DNA from: a virus
Reading direction: 5' to 3' (one strand)
DNA length: 64,000 nucleotides
IMG/VR virus record: IMGVR_UViG_3300035517_000183
Location: 1 to 64,000 of that record
The translations under genes and the position numbers were made by a program. The notes beneath the pieces are model-generated. The model had not been told where the DNA came from and did no database searches. It saw only the letters and a list, made by a program, of their open reading frames with translations. Shown piece after piece: positions 27,861 to 37,606 of the stretch (position 1 is its first letter; each line of letters starts with the position of its first letter).

Positions 27861-30800
27861 CTATAACGCCACATATCCATTGCCGTCACCGCGATTAATA
27901 AACACTCCCGCCGCACCGACTCTTATGCCACAGCTGCCAACGTGAAGCATTATAGAGCCGTCACCGACATAACATACAGTCTTGTTCCAAATAGAACTGA
28001 AACCGTTCTTTGCGATTGTCGTGACGTTTGCAAAATCGGTTTTAACTTTGCCCGTGAGATTGACCCACCAAAATACGGGGATATTTGCGAGCCTTGCGCC
28101 ATCGGCACTTGTCGTTTCGTTGACGTTAAGTTTTATTTGATACGTTCCACTTGTATTTACACGGAAACTTAGCGTAAATGCCACGGTCGCAAAGAAACCA
28201 CCTATCGCTTCCGCTGCATTATCGGGATTAACAATAGAACCGTAATCCTCAAACTTACAGCGTTGCGACTCGGAAGTAACTACTGTGCTGTCTTTGAGTA
28301 ATTGCACGGTAAAATTAGGATAGTTAGTCGGCCATGGCTCCGGCGCAAAGTCAGTGATATTCGCCGATTCGTTGGGGATTAGTACCTTGAAACTTGCATT
28401 TAGAGTTACCGTCGTATTTGTCGGAAGTCCGCCAAGTAAGATTGTCTTGGCAATTTGATTACTGGCTTCATCTAACATACTGCCATCGTAGGTTGCAGAC
28501 AGTGTAAAATAGCCTCTCTGCGTGTCAAGTACATGGCTAACATCGAAGTCAACAACATCTAAGTAGGCGTTACCATCTTCAAGCGAGTCGGCTGCAATGC
28601 GCAATCTTTCTTCGCCGCCGGGACCAAGCATGAACAATCCATCTTCCGACACTTGTATTTTATCGCCGATTTCAAGTGAATTTTGCTTAATCCTTACCGT
28701 GTTGTTGGCTGCGTAGACAGAGCCATCCATCCTCACGCCGAAAGTAGACGGAGTTTTATCTGTGACAGTATCATCTTCGGGGTCGACCCTATCGCCACCC
28801 GCAAAGAACGCCAGTCCACCACCGACTTCATCTTCGCTGTAAGTACCGCTTGACCCGGCGCGAGTAGTAAACTCGCCGAGGCTGTTTTTATCGCCGAATC
28901 TAATGGCCGTAGTCTGAATTAGACCGCCGCTTATATCCGTGTCGTTTTCAAGTGCTTTGCGTAGATAATCATCGCCGATAACATCCGAGATATTTTCACC
29001 GTTGATTGTTGACTGAATAGAAATATCACCTTTGATTGTCAGTTTGCCATCCTGCCACTCCATGAAGTCATTTAATCTATCGCCTATAAACAACCGTGGA
29101 TTGGTGCCGCTCTGACGACCCACAAAGTAATACTCATCCCCGGTGGAAGTTACGCTGTTAAGGTTGGAGATATAAGCCTCATATCCACCGCCGATAACGT
29201 CACGTACTTTTACATACTGACGTTCAGAGTTGCTGTAATTACCATAATGGCAGATAACATCACCAACCTGCGGAATACCCGAGCCGTTAACGTCCGTGGT
29301 GCTTAACAAGATATAATCAACGCCAACGCCAATTACACGCCGCTTATAAAATTTGAGTTGCAAGTTTTCTGCATCAAACCGTTGCGACATAGCCACATCA
29401 TCAATCATAAATAGATTAACGACCGAGCCTTGTTTTTGGTCGAAGTAACAATAATAGCCATCGTCGGTTAACAGCACGTTAGTGACTGTCATTTGCGCTG
29501 CCGATGATATTTCTTTGCCACCCATGACGGATATTTGATTGACAACTAGATTATTGACCGAAAACTCTTGACGTGCTACGTATTTATCAGCTTCAATAAC
29601 GGTATTGCCATCGCCATCACGATAGACACCCCAACCAACGCCCGCGACGCTACCTTGTCGAAAATCGCTGCTTGTAATCTTCCCCGCGAACTGCGTAGGT
29701 GACAGTGATAATTCTTCAATGCCATCTTTGCGCAAATAAAGTTTGTCGCACACGATTTTGACTATCTGTTCTATGTTGGATATGCTTCCGAGTCGGCTGT
29801 AAATCGTGGAAATATCGCTCTGAATTGTGGTAACTGCATTTGTCGACGACTCCACCTCGTCAGACAGAGTGACTTCAACATCAGGCAATAATGCTGCACT
29901 TTCTGACGACGGTTCATTATAGGTGTATGTAATCGCTTGTAAATACAGCGTTTCAGTGGGCGTGTCGGTAATAAATCGCGAGTCTGCAATTCGGACGGAC
30001 GCGCCGACGGTCAGCGAGTCAATTAACTTGCTTGTGCCATCTTCGCCAACTTGATTAACGCGGTTTTTGTCAAGACTAACAACATACGTCGGCTTAATGT
30101 CCTTAACCTCGTCGAGTTCTGAATACTTGTCGTCGTCAAGATAGGACTCCGCCCACAATACATATTGGTGTGGTAGGTCTATGCCGATAAAATAGAAGTG
30201 GTCGCCCGCCTTGCCTTGCGTTTTCGTTGACGGCAAATACAAGCCCGTCGCGTCGTAATCTGCGTCAGACTTTTCGAGCGTGATACGCCAGTGTGACATA
30301 TAACTATGCTTGACTAATTTGCCATTCTCTGCGGTTTCCCACTCGCATAGTTGTTCTTCGTGAACCGGTATCTTTGTCAGTAAGAAGTCATAATCCTCTG
30401 ACGTTGATAATAATCCCGACGAAAAGGCAATTGCTGCCTCGCTGCCTAAGTGGTCGCCAAGTATAGGCTCCCATACGCGCCTTGCATAATCTTCCTCGGT
30501 TTCATTTGCGCGTTTCTCTGTCTGCCATATATTCTTGATAAGAATATCGAAAGTACGGCCAAATAAATCATCGTCGCCCGATACGCTTGCCATCGTAACA
30601 CGAGCCGAAGATACAGTAACCATAACTCGCGAGTAATCTTTGTCGGGGTAGTTGTTTTGCACCGTGCATTCCAACTTGTAATAATACGTACCCTCGGGGA
30701 AATTAGTTGCCGTGTATTCTTCTCCGCTATATTTGTTTACTATCGTGAATTTTTGGCTTTCAATGACAAAATAACCGCTGCTTATATCTTCGAGTTCGTC

Positions 30801-32207
30801 CGTGCGGCCACTGACGGAAACGACAGCTGAGAAGTTCGCTTTCTTATCCGGCGCAACAACAAACTCGGGGCCTATGATTTCAAAGTCTTGCGACTCGTTT
30901 TTCTTGACTCTGATAACTTTGGCGGTGTCGTCCATAGTTGACTCAACTGCGTCTGACGTCACACGCGAAGTAACATCATCGGATGTAACCTGCTCAACAT
31001 ATATCGCTTCATCGGCACGGCCTATGCCGTCAAGTTCAACGCCTTGTATTGTCGGGTAAATATCGTCGTTGTCGTCAAGTCCACCCATCAAAATACCGTA
31101 CAAGGCAATGCTACTACCCGCGGTAATCACAACTTCGCCGTTGTCGTTGACTTCGTATTTGTCGGCAACATATTCGACCGGATTAAAGCGTTCATCGGTA
31201 TGGCCTAAAACGTAAGCCCAACTCGTTTTCGCGTATTCCTCGTCGTAAGGCTCTACCGCGATAGGCTCTACTGTGTCGTCGTGTGGATATGGCGTAATTG
31301 CCGTGCCATCCGTTTCTGTGAGTTGTCGGTTGGGGTTGGTTTTCCATCCTTTGACGTAATCGCGGAATGTCTTGCCTCGCAGTTTGTCAAAGTAGATATT
31401 GCGTAGCTCGGGAATCCAATCCGGGTCGGCTGCAAATGTCGGGTTGTCGGGGTCGACGTCCTTAAAATATCTATAAGGCAAATTCTGGTCGCCCCCACGT
31501 CCGATAAGCATATTGCGAATATCGTCGCTCTGTACTTGACGCTCAAATTTAAGCAGACCGCCATCAAAACCATATTGAAAAATATGCGACACTTCCGTAG
31601 TGGGGTAGCCGACTCGTATAACATACTTTTCTCCGCCTTGTTTTGTGTTATCGTTATCCGTGTGAGGCTCAATCTGCCAACGTACCGACCATAACTCGTA
31701 GTATTTTTGCAAAACACCCCACAGCGTGGAGTGGCTTATCTCTACTGTCGTAGTTTCTACGTCCGACTGCCACTCCGGGTTTAAGTCAAGTGTAATGCTG
31801 TCGCCGTAGTAATAATACAATACGCGGTTAAACAGTTCGCAAAAATCGACCAAATTTAGGCTCACATCGGCTATATATTTGTCGGGTACTGCGGTACCTG
31901 CGTCAAGGGCTTGTATTGTAAAGAAAAACCAGCGCTTTAATTGATAGATTGCCCAATGCTGAAACGTCAACTCAACGGTTGATTTGCGGGATGAATACTC
32001 CTTTGACGCTTGTGGCTTGCGTAGTGGCATGATGTATTTCTCGCCCTTAAATGCAATTTCCCAGTCAAACGAGAAGTCAGGCGCGATTGTACCGTCAATT
32101 TTAATCTTCGCCGTGATATTTTTGTCGTCCATATCCTGCAATGTGCAAGTCGCTTGACTCAGCGTAGCATATTGAGGTAGGTTAAGTTCTGTTATTTCTC
32201 TAATCAT
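27861..32207 (-). CDS. host-specificity / central tail fibre protein (gpJ-like), 1448 aa
   Basis: Very large ORF in the tail module, rich in beta-strand-like content with Gly-rich C-terminal segments. Confidence 0.65.
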   Translation of the reverse strand: MIREITELNLPQYATLSQATCTLQDMDDKNITAKIKIDGTIAPDFSFDWEIAFKGEKYIMPLRKPQASKEYSSRKSTVELTFQHWAIYQLKRWFFFTIQALDAGTAVPDKYIADVSLNLVDFCELFNRVLYYYYGDSITLDLNPEWQSDVETTTVEISHSTLWGVLQKYYELWSVRWQIEPHTDNDNTKQGGEKYVIRVGYPTTEVSHIFQYGFDGGLLKFERQVQSDDIRNMLIGRGGDQNLPYRYFKDVDPDNPTFAADPDWIPELRNIYFDKLRGKTFRDYVKGWKTNPNRQLTETDGTAITPYPHDDTVEPIAVEPYDEEYAKTSWAYVLGHTDERFNPVEYVADKYEVNDNGEVVITAGSSIALYGILMGGLDDNDDIYPTIQGVELDGIGRADEAIYVEQVTSDDVTSRVTSDAVESTMDDTAKVIRVKKNESQDFEIIGPEFVVAPDKKANFSAVVSVSGRTDELEDISSGYFVIESQKFTIVNKYSGEEYTATNFPEGTYYYKLECTVQNNYPDKDYSRVMVTVSSARVTMASVSGDDDLFGRTFDILIKNIWQTEKRANETEEDYARRVWEPILGDHLGSEAAIAFSSGLLSTSEDYDFLLTKIPVHEEQLCEWETAENGKLVKHSYMSHWRITLEKSDADYDATGLYLPSTKTQGKAGDHFYFIGIDLPHQYVLWAESYLDDDKYSELDEVKDIKPTYVVSLDKNRVNQVGEDGTSKLIDSLTVGASVRIADSRFITDTPTETLYLQAITYTYNEPSSESAALLPDVEVTLSDEVESSTNAVTTIQSDISTIYSRLGSISNIEQIVKIVCDKLYLRKDGIEELSLSPTQFAGKITSSDFRQGSVAGVGWGVYRDGDGNTVIEADKYVARQEFSVNNLVVNQISVMGGKEISSAAQMTVTNVLLTDDGYYCYFDQKQGSVVNLFMIDDVAMSQRFDAENLQLKFYKRRVIGVGVDYILLSTTDVNGSGIPQVGDVICHYGNYSNSERQYVKVRDVIGGGYEAYISNLNSVTSTGDEYYFVGRQSGTNPRLFIGDRLNDFMEWQDGKLTIKGDISIQSTINGENISDVIGDDYLRKALENDTDISGGLIQTTAIRFGDKNSLGEFTTRAGSSGTYSEDEVGGGLAFFAGGDRVDPEDDTVTDKTPSTFGVRMDGSVYAANNTVRIKQNSLEIGDKIQVSEDGLFMLGPGGEERLRIAADSLEDGNAYLDVVDFDVSHVLDTQRGYFTLSATYDGSMLDEASNQIAKTILLGGLPTNTTVTLNASFKVLIPNESANITDFAPEPWPTNYPNFTVQLLKDSTVVTSESQRCKFEDYGSIVNPDNAAEAIGGFFATVAFTLSFRVNTSGTYQIKLNVNETTSADGARLANIPVFWWVNLTGKVKTDFANVTTIAKNGFSSIWNKTVCYVGDGSIMLHVGSCGIRVGAAGVFINRGDGNGYVAL

Positions 32208-32782
32208 ACAACACCGCCGTTAATAAATTCTTGTTCTGCGAGTATTAGTTTGCCATCCTCGGTTGCGAGTAGCTTACCATCTTCGGTAGTCAGAGTCAGA
32301 TATTGCTCTAAATCAAAGTCGCATTCCTGCGGTTTATTGACTCGCAATTTTAATTCAACCTGCACACAGTCAAGCACAGTGCCATCGCTGCGCCTGTAAA
32401 ACTCAGGTGGCTCGGCAATCGGCTCGGGTAGTCCGACAATTTTAACGCGGTTGTGGTCGTTATAAAATACCACATCCTTGTATTGTCGAATGTCGCTGCC
32501 GTTGGCTTGCGTGTATAGTGCTTTATTAAACGCTGCAATTTTGGCGTTGGCGTTAACTCTGTTTTTGTTGGGGCATTGAATCAAGAATTTAGCCGTGTAA
32601 TCAAATGCATCCTGCACGGTATTAGAGTCTATATGCTCCCCCGCTTCTTCTGCGTAAGAAGTAACGTCGCGTGTTTTTATCGGTGCTTCCGTGCGCTCGT
32701 CTGCGTCAAGATAGATAAACCCCCATTTGTCGTAAGTATCTTCAATGGCACCATCCCCGATTTTAATTCTTGCTCTAATCAT
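32204..32782 (-). CDS. tail-associated protein
   Basis: 192 aa, start-stop coupled to the host-specificity gene; C-terminal TEDGKLLATEDGKLILAE repeat. Confidence 0.4.
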   Translation of the reverse strand: MIRARIKIGDGAIEDTYDKWGFIYLDADERTEAPIKTRDVTSYAEEAGEHIDSNTVQDAFDYTAKFLIQCPNKNRVNANAKIAAFNKALYTQANGSDIRQYKDVVFYNDHNRVKIVGLPEPIAEPPEFYRRSDGTVLDCVQVELKLRVNKPQECDFDLEQYLTLTTEDGKLLATEDGKLILAEQEFINGGVV

Positions 32783-33315
32783 TCACTTGTAACTTCTTCG
32801 ATAGGTTCATATTTCAAAGGTGGATTTTGTGCGGGCTTACGCCGATTACACTTTTCGCCGCCGCGCCCGACTTCCCGAAAGCATTTCCAGCTACGGTAGT
32901 AAAGCAACTCCTTTTCGAGGGTTCCGATTTTGCGGGCGTCCGTCACTCGCGCCTCGTTCAACTCGCGTATTTTAGTTGTCTTATCCTCAATGGTGTCATT
33001 TAGTTGTGCTTGTATTTTTATTAACTCGGTATTAAATCTGTTCGCTTCTGACAGTGAGCTATGCAAGTCGTTAATTCGCGTAGTAAACTCCTTGCGCATA
33101 TCCCCGAGCGTTTCTTCATACATATCTCTGATAGACTTTTCCGCTGACACAGAACTTTCAATTGCCTCACTTTCGGCCTTATCCGCTTCTGCTGTCTTGA
33201 TACGCGAATTTGCCTTGCGGTGAATCCACGTGTTAATCGCCCACTTAACGCTCTCAAAGCCGCCTAATGCCACAACCATGGCTCCCGCGGCTTCCGCAAT
33301 TGTAGTTATATTCAT
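32779..33315 (-). CDS. membrane-anchored coiled-coil protein (holin/i-spanin-like candidate)
   Basis: N-terminal TM helix, long coiled coil, basic C-terminus. Confidence 0.35.
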   Translation of the reverse strand: MNITTIAEAAGAMVVALGGFESVKWAINTWIHRKANSRIKTAEADKAESEAIESSVSAEKSIRDMYEETLGDMRKEFTTRINDLHSSLSEANRFNTELIKIQAQLNDTIEDKTTKIRELNEARVTDARKIGTLEKELLYYRSWKCFREVGRGGEKCNRRKPAQNPPLKYEPIEEVTSE

Positions 33316-33806
33316 AGTATTGTTTCTGATTTGTATTTTAAGAATTTAGCATATCTGTTATCTCTTGCCGAAATGTCGTTTTTGCCGAAGATGTAAATTG
33401 GGAAACGTACTTGATTGTATTGATTTTCCGTTTGTCGGCAAACTACACGCATACGACAATTGTTTGCAAAATATAGCATGGGGATAGTGCATTTTTCATA
33501 GTCCATAGCCACACTAACAACACCCTTGCAATTATGGAATATATAAGTCTGCAATCCCGAAATTAACTCGCCGTTAAACTCGCGATTAATATACACTCCC
33601 TTGTCTTGAAAATCCCCAAATTCCCGACTTAGGATGTCGTAACTCGGAAAATTGCGCTCCAAACACCAGTCGGGATTTGCAACGTAATAATCCACGAGCG
33701 ACTTAATTTCGCGTTTTTGCATCTGCCGATTCCCTTGCAGGCAAATGCCTTTGTTTAATGCTTCTGCTATAAGCAAATCTTTCAGTTGCTTAGAATCCAT
33801 CCCCAT
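33312..33806 (-). CDS. hypothetical protein
   Basis: 164-aa ORF. Confidence 0.4.
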   Translation of the reverse strand: MGMDSKQLKDLLIAEALNKGICLQGNRQMQKREIKSLVDYYVANPDWCLERNFPSYDILSREFGDFQDKGVYINREFNGELISGLQTYIFHNCKGVVSVAMDYEKCTIPMLYFANNCRMRVVCRQTENQYNQVRFPIYIFGKNDISARDNRYAKFLKYKSETIL

Positions 33807-33815
33807 GCTATATTT

Positions 33816-34256
33816 TTATTTCCGATATTTTTTAATCAACCAAATAATCGCCACGATTACGAGCAAAACTGTAAGTGTGATACATACCTCACCGAAATTC
33901 ATTTTGGCTTTCTGCCACGATGTTAACTCTCGCTCTACGGGATATGGCACGGCCACAGAGTCCGTGCGTATTACCGTTGTCGTATCATGTACCGCCACGT
34001 ATTTAATCCTTACTCTGTCGCGGTAGACAATCACGGAGTCGCCTTTGATGTAGACGAAGTTATTGTCATGCACTGTGTCAGTCACTACGCGCTCAACTTC
34101 ATGGTCTTGATACTGCGTTTTTACCGTTTCGACCGGCACATAGGTAGTGCGCGAACACGAACACATAAAACACGCCGTAACGATAAACACCAGAGCCAGC
34201 AGGTACAGCAGGATAACCCCACCGCATCCGATTCGCCTTGTCGTTTTGTAATTCAT
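33816..34256 (-). CDS. u-spanin-like protein (N-terminal lipobox + C-terminal TMD)
   Basis: Lipobox VTAC after a signal helix, and a C-terminal TM helix VCITLTVLLVIVAIIWLIKKYRK. Lies immediately downstream of the endolysin. Confidence 0.45.
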   Translation of the reverse strand: MNYKTTRRIGCGGVILLYLLALVFIVTACFMCSCSRTTYVPVETVKTQYQDHEVERVVTDTVHDNNFVYIKGDSVIVYRDRVRIKYVAVHDTTTVIRTDSVAVPYPVERELTSWQKAKMNFGEVCITLTVLLVIVAIIWLIKKYRK

Positions 34257-34273
34257 AGGCTTATATTTGAAGG

Positions 34274-34669
34274 TTAAAACACTTGTCGACGGTTGCGCTT
34301 CGGGTCATAACTGACGTGTACCCAGCCGTACTTGTATTTCGCGCTGATAAGTTGGTCGTAAGGCAGTTTCAGTCGCTGTATTAACTCGTACAGAGCTTTG
34401 TTTTGTGCTGCCGTACCAACTGTAATGTCGGCCGCTTGTCCGCTCATGTGCTGTGAGCCGACAGCACCACCGACAGCCGTGTTGAGTCGGTTGCTGCGGT
34501 ACCCCGAAGTAACTGTTATCGGTCTGCCGTAGGCACTGCGCAGCGGGTCAAGGATATTTTCGACCAACGCTTTAAGGTTTGCCACGGCGATAGCGTCGGG
34601 AGTGTTGTCTATCCCCTTTCGCTGTGCCGTGTCGCTCACCGTGAGTTCGTCCAATGTAAAGTATTTCAT
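34274..34669 (-). CDS. endolysin, peptidase M15 (L-Ala-D-Glu / D-Ala-D-Ala peptidase family)
   Basis: SGYRS...SQHMSGQAADI...GWVHVSY carries the Zn ligands H, D, H of the M15/VanY fold; 131 aa. Confidence 0.75.
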   Translation of the reverse strand: MKYFTLDELTVSDTAQRKGIDNTPDAIAVANLKALVENILDPLRSAYGRPITVTSGYRSNRLNTAVGGAVGSQHMSGQAADITVGTAAQNKALYELIQRLKLPYDQLISAKYKYGWVHVSYDPKRNRRQVF

Positions 34670-34710
34670 AGGCTTATATTTGGGTAGTAATTACCTTTTT
34701 GTGACTCGCG

Positions 34711-35103
34711 TTATTGCGCAACGCTGTCCGATTGCGGCACTTGCGGCATTTCATATCCGCCGGCCGTGCCATCAATGAGATTCTGTTTAGCAGTAACTTT
34801 ACATTCATCAATATAAGCAAGATACTCCTTGTATTTCTCACCCGCTGAATCTTGCTCTCTCGCGAATTGAATCTCTTGTCCCGTGGAATATTTCAAGGCT
34901 ATAAGCCTCTCCACTTCTTTGTCGTACTGTGCTTTATTATAAGCAGGTTTTTCAGATGCATCGACTTCCGCCCAGTTGTCAACTTCTTCTGCCTTAATTG
35001 CAATTTCAGTCACCCAACTGTCGTTAATGCTGTTATACAGCACTTTACCATCATCGGCCTTAATGCTTAAAAACTTGCCATTATTAAATTCTCTTTGTTT
35101 CAT
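34711..35103 (-). CDS. hypothetical protein
   Basis: 130-aa ORF. Confidence 0.4.
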   Translation of the reverse strand: MKQREFNNGKFLSIKADDGKVLYNSINDSWVTEIAIKAEEVDNWAEVDASEKPAYNKAQYDKEVERLIALKYSTGQEIQFAREQDSAGEKYKEYLAYIDECKVTAKQNLIDGTAGGYEMPQVPQSDSVAQ

Positions 35104-35107
35104 TCTG

Positions 35108-35896
35108 TTATTCTTTACTAAATGTTATATTCTTCTCTGCCGCCGATTCCACCAATGCGAGCCATTGCGTCCTTTCATCTTCCGTTAGTGCTGCTGCTGC
35201 TGTGTTGTCATAGTCGCCCGTCAGTTTCGCGTAGACGTCGGCATGAACTACTACCTCACCCGTCGTAACGGTCTTGCTTTGCGCGATAAGTCTATATAAG
35301 CTGCCATACGATAATTCATCCGCAGACTTTAAATTAATTCCCGTATTTGCGTCCCATAAATTAAGCCCATACAATTCTTTAAGTCCACGTGCATACATTA
35401 AACCGCCAAAGTCCTTTTTTAGGTTTTTAAAACCGTTTAAAGCGTTTATGAAACATATTGTATGGCATTTATTGAAGCAAAACGACCACAAACCATAATT
35501 ACCTTCACCTGGTATTATCGCAGTTTCAAGATTTGCTCCATTAAAAGGAGCATACAATTCCATATTAGTTACCCAGCCCCCCACACCTGCGAGCATATTT
35601 GTTCTAATGTTGTCGTTGCCATAATAGCCGCAATATGACACATTGGCTGTCCCAAACCATAAAATAGATAGCATATCTTGCTCTGTCAGGTCTGTCAAGC
35701 CGTTCAGTTCAAAATACCCGGTCGCAGGATTATAATATGGATTGTTTCCACGATAATACCACCATGAGGGCAAATACTGGCTATTATAACCTAAAAAATA
35801 AGGTCGTTTCGGTAAACGGTCCATCAATAGCTTAGGTTCAACCCACGCAGCGTCATGCGCTTCCAGTTTCTCTCGTTCTTCGGCGGTCACTTCCAT
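35108..35896 (-). CDS. tail-fibre tip-like protein, paralogue of the 36049-37590 C-terminal domain
   Basis: Shares TGYFELNGLTD, VVHADVYAKLT and a C-terminal NITF motif with the adjacent fibre gene. Confidence 0.5.
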   Translation of the reverse strand: MEVTAEEREKLEAHDAAWVEPKLLMDRLPKRPYFLGYNSQYLPSWWYYRGNNPYYNPATGYFELNGLTDLTEQDMLSILWFGTANVSYCGYYGNDNIRTNMLAGVGGWVTNMELYAPFNGANLETAIIPGEGNYGLWSFCFNKCHTICFINALNGFKNLKKDFGGLMYARGLKELYGLNLWDANTGINLKSADELSYGSLYRLIAQSKTVTTGEVVVHADVYAKLTGDYDNTAAAALTEDERTQWLALVESAAEKNITFSKE

Positions 35897-36048
35897 AAAG
35901 TCAGACTCAGACTCCGTTTTGGTTAAAACTTTGCGCGTGTAAAATTGGTGGAAATTTGTGGGGTAGGATTGCGTGAGATACCCCCCCCATCGGTGTAAAG
36001 CTCTGTGTATGAGCCTATTGTGCGTGATAATATTGCCATGATAATAAT

Positions 36049-37590
36049 TTATGAGATTGTTGCAAATGCGATTTTTCTATTCAGTGCTTGGTCAAACAGG
36101 GCGTACCATGTTGTGTTGCTTTCATCTGTCAGTTTGGCATACACATCTGCGTGTACATACACTGTAATATCAGTCGAATTGACCGCTTTATCAATGAGCC
36201 ATTTCAAAGAGTCATACGAAAGTTTCGGACTGTAGCCGAAACCCGCGCTTTGATTCAGCCCCGACATTCTTACTTCTTCAAGGCTTTTACAACCGTAGAA
36301 TCCATCGTTAATTATAGCGTTGCGGACATTAAACACACCGCGCACCTCGCGTAACTTACTGTCCGAGTGGAATGTTCTGTCAAAATTACTAAGAGATAAG
36401 ATGTCAGCATACGAAGTAAACTGTATCACTTCAAGATTAGGCCAGCCTGAAAAGGAAGATGAAAAATTCATGTCCACTCCTATTGTCACATAAATAGGCA
36501 ACATAGTCCTACAAGTGTTGTTTTCCGAGCCGAAGTGATAGTAAGATGTTTCGCAGTTGTTGGCTCGAGCATACGAGCGTTTATTCAAAGCCATAATCTC
36601 AACAGCTTCGGAGTAGGGAATATCTGTTATGCCATTCAGTTCAAAGTACCCCGTTTTCGAATTATACGTTCCGAGCTGACCTGCACGATATTTACATACG
36701 GCGTTCCACTCGTCAATGAAACACTGTGGAATGTTGCTGCCATCAGCACCGACTTGTATTAGGCCTATATTATTAGACGCTATTTGCTGCTGTGAACTTG
36801 TAAACGTCTGTTTCTTTGTGCTAACATAATTGTCTATAACACTGCTCAACTCCCCCGCCACATATTTCAGTTCTGAGTCGTCCGCTTTGGTTTCAGCATA
36901 ACTTTGCAACTCCTGCAACGCCGTGACGTCGGCTTTCAGTTCAAGTTGATTTTTAAGCCCCTCGGTTTCAGAGTCGCTGAATCCTTGCAGAAAGTTTTCG
37001 ACATCCTTGAACGTGTCAATCACACCCTCTACGCCCGTGCCGCTTACAAGCGCGTCAAGCGAATTTGAAGTGCTTTCTGCTGCTTCCTCAACTTCTTTGA
37101 CTCGCTTTTTAAGTTCCTTGAAATCCGAGTAGTCGGTCTTGGTGTCTACGGTTTCTGTCAGTGCATCAAGTTTGGTCTGCACGTTGTCCTCGACATCCTG
37201 CTGCAAGGCCTCTAAGTCTGTTTTGTCGGCTTTTAAGTCTAACTGCGATTTTAAGCCCTCGGCTTCACTGTCTGAAAAACCGCTCAAAAATGTTTCGACA
37301 TCCTTAAACGTGTCAATCACGCCCGCTGTACCCTCGCTGTTAAGTAGCGTGTCGAGTCGTCCGTTAACGTCGTTGACTGCGCTGTCTACGTCTGTTTTGT
37401 TGGCTTTCAAGCCGATAGCCTCGTAAGTCGTAGTCTTGTCTGCTTTTGCGTCAAGCTGCAAGTTGACCTTGCTAAACTGCTTTGTATAGTCGGCGTAAAT
37501 CGTCATCCACATCTGGTTAACTACGGTGTTAATGTAAGTCCCCAGTTGCTCCAATGTTCGCTTTAAGCCGTCTGAATTAAGAAATTTCAT
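36049..37590 (-). CDS. tail fibre protein (coiled-coil shaft with ~75-aa tandem repeat + conserved C-terminal domain)
   Basis: Internal duplication GVIDTFKDVE(T/N)FL(S/Q)GFSDSE(A/T)EGLK(S/N)QL. C-terminal domain shared with the 35108-35896 gene. Confidence 0.6.
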   Translation of the reverse strand: MKFLNSDGLKRTLEQLGTYINTVVNQMWMTIYADYTKQFSKVNLQLDAKADKTTTYEAIGLKANKTDVDSAVNDVNGRLDTLLNSEGTAGVIDTFKDVETFLSGFSDSEAEGLKSQLDLKADKTDLEALQQDVEDNVQTKLDALTETVDTKTDYSDFKELKKRVKEVEEAAESTSNSLDALVSGTGVEGVIDTFKDVENFLQGFSDSETEGLKNQLELKADVTALQELQSYAETKADDSELKYVAGELSSVIDNYVSTKKQTFTSSQQQIASNNIGLIQVGADGSNIPQCFIDEWNAVCKYRAGQLGTYNSKTGYFELNGITDIPYSEAVEIMALNKRSYARANNCETSYYHFGSENNTCRTMLPIYVTIGVDMNFSSSFSGWPNLEVIQFTSYADILSLSNFDRTFHSDSKLREVRGVFNVRNAIINDGFYGCKSLEEVRMSGLNQSAGFGYSPKLSYDSLKWLIDKAVNSTDITVYVHADVYAKLTDESNTTWYALFDQALNRKIAFATIS

Positions 37591-37606
37591 GCGCTTCTAT
37601 TTTTTA

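Noticed and set aside
27861-37590. Diversity-generating retroelement acting on tail fibres
   Set aside because: No reverse transcriptase (YxDD) ORF exists anywhere in the window, and no template/variable repeat pair was seen.
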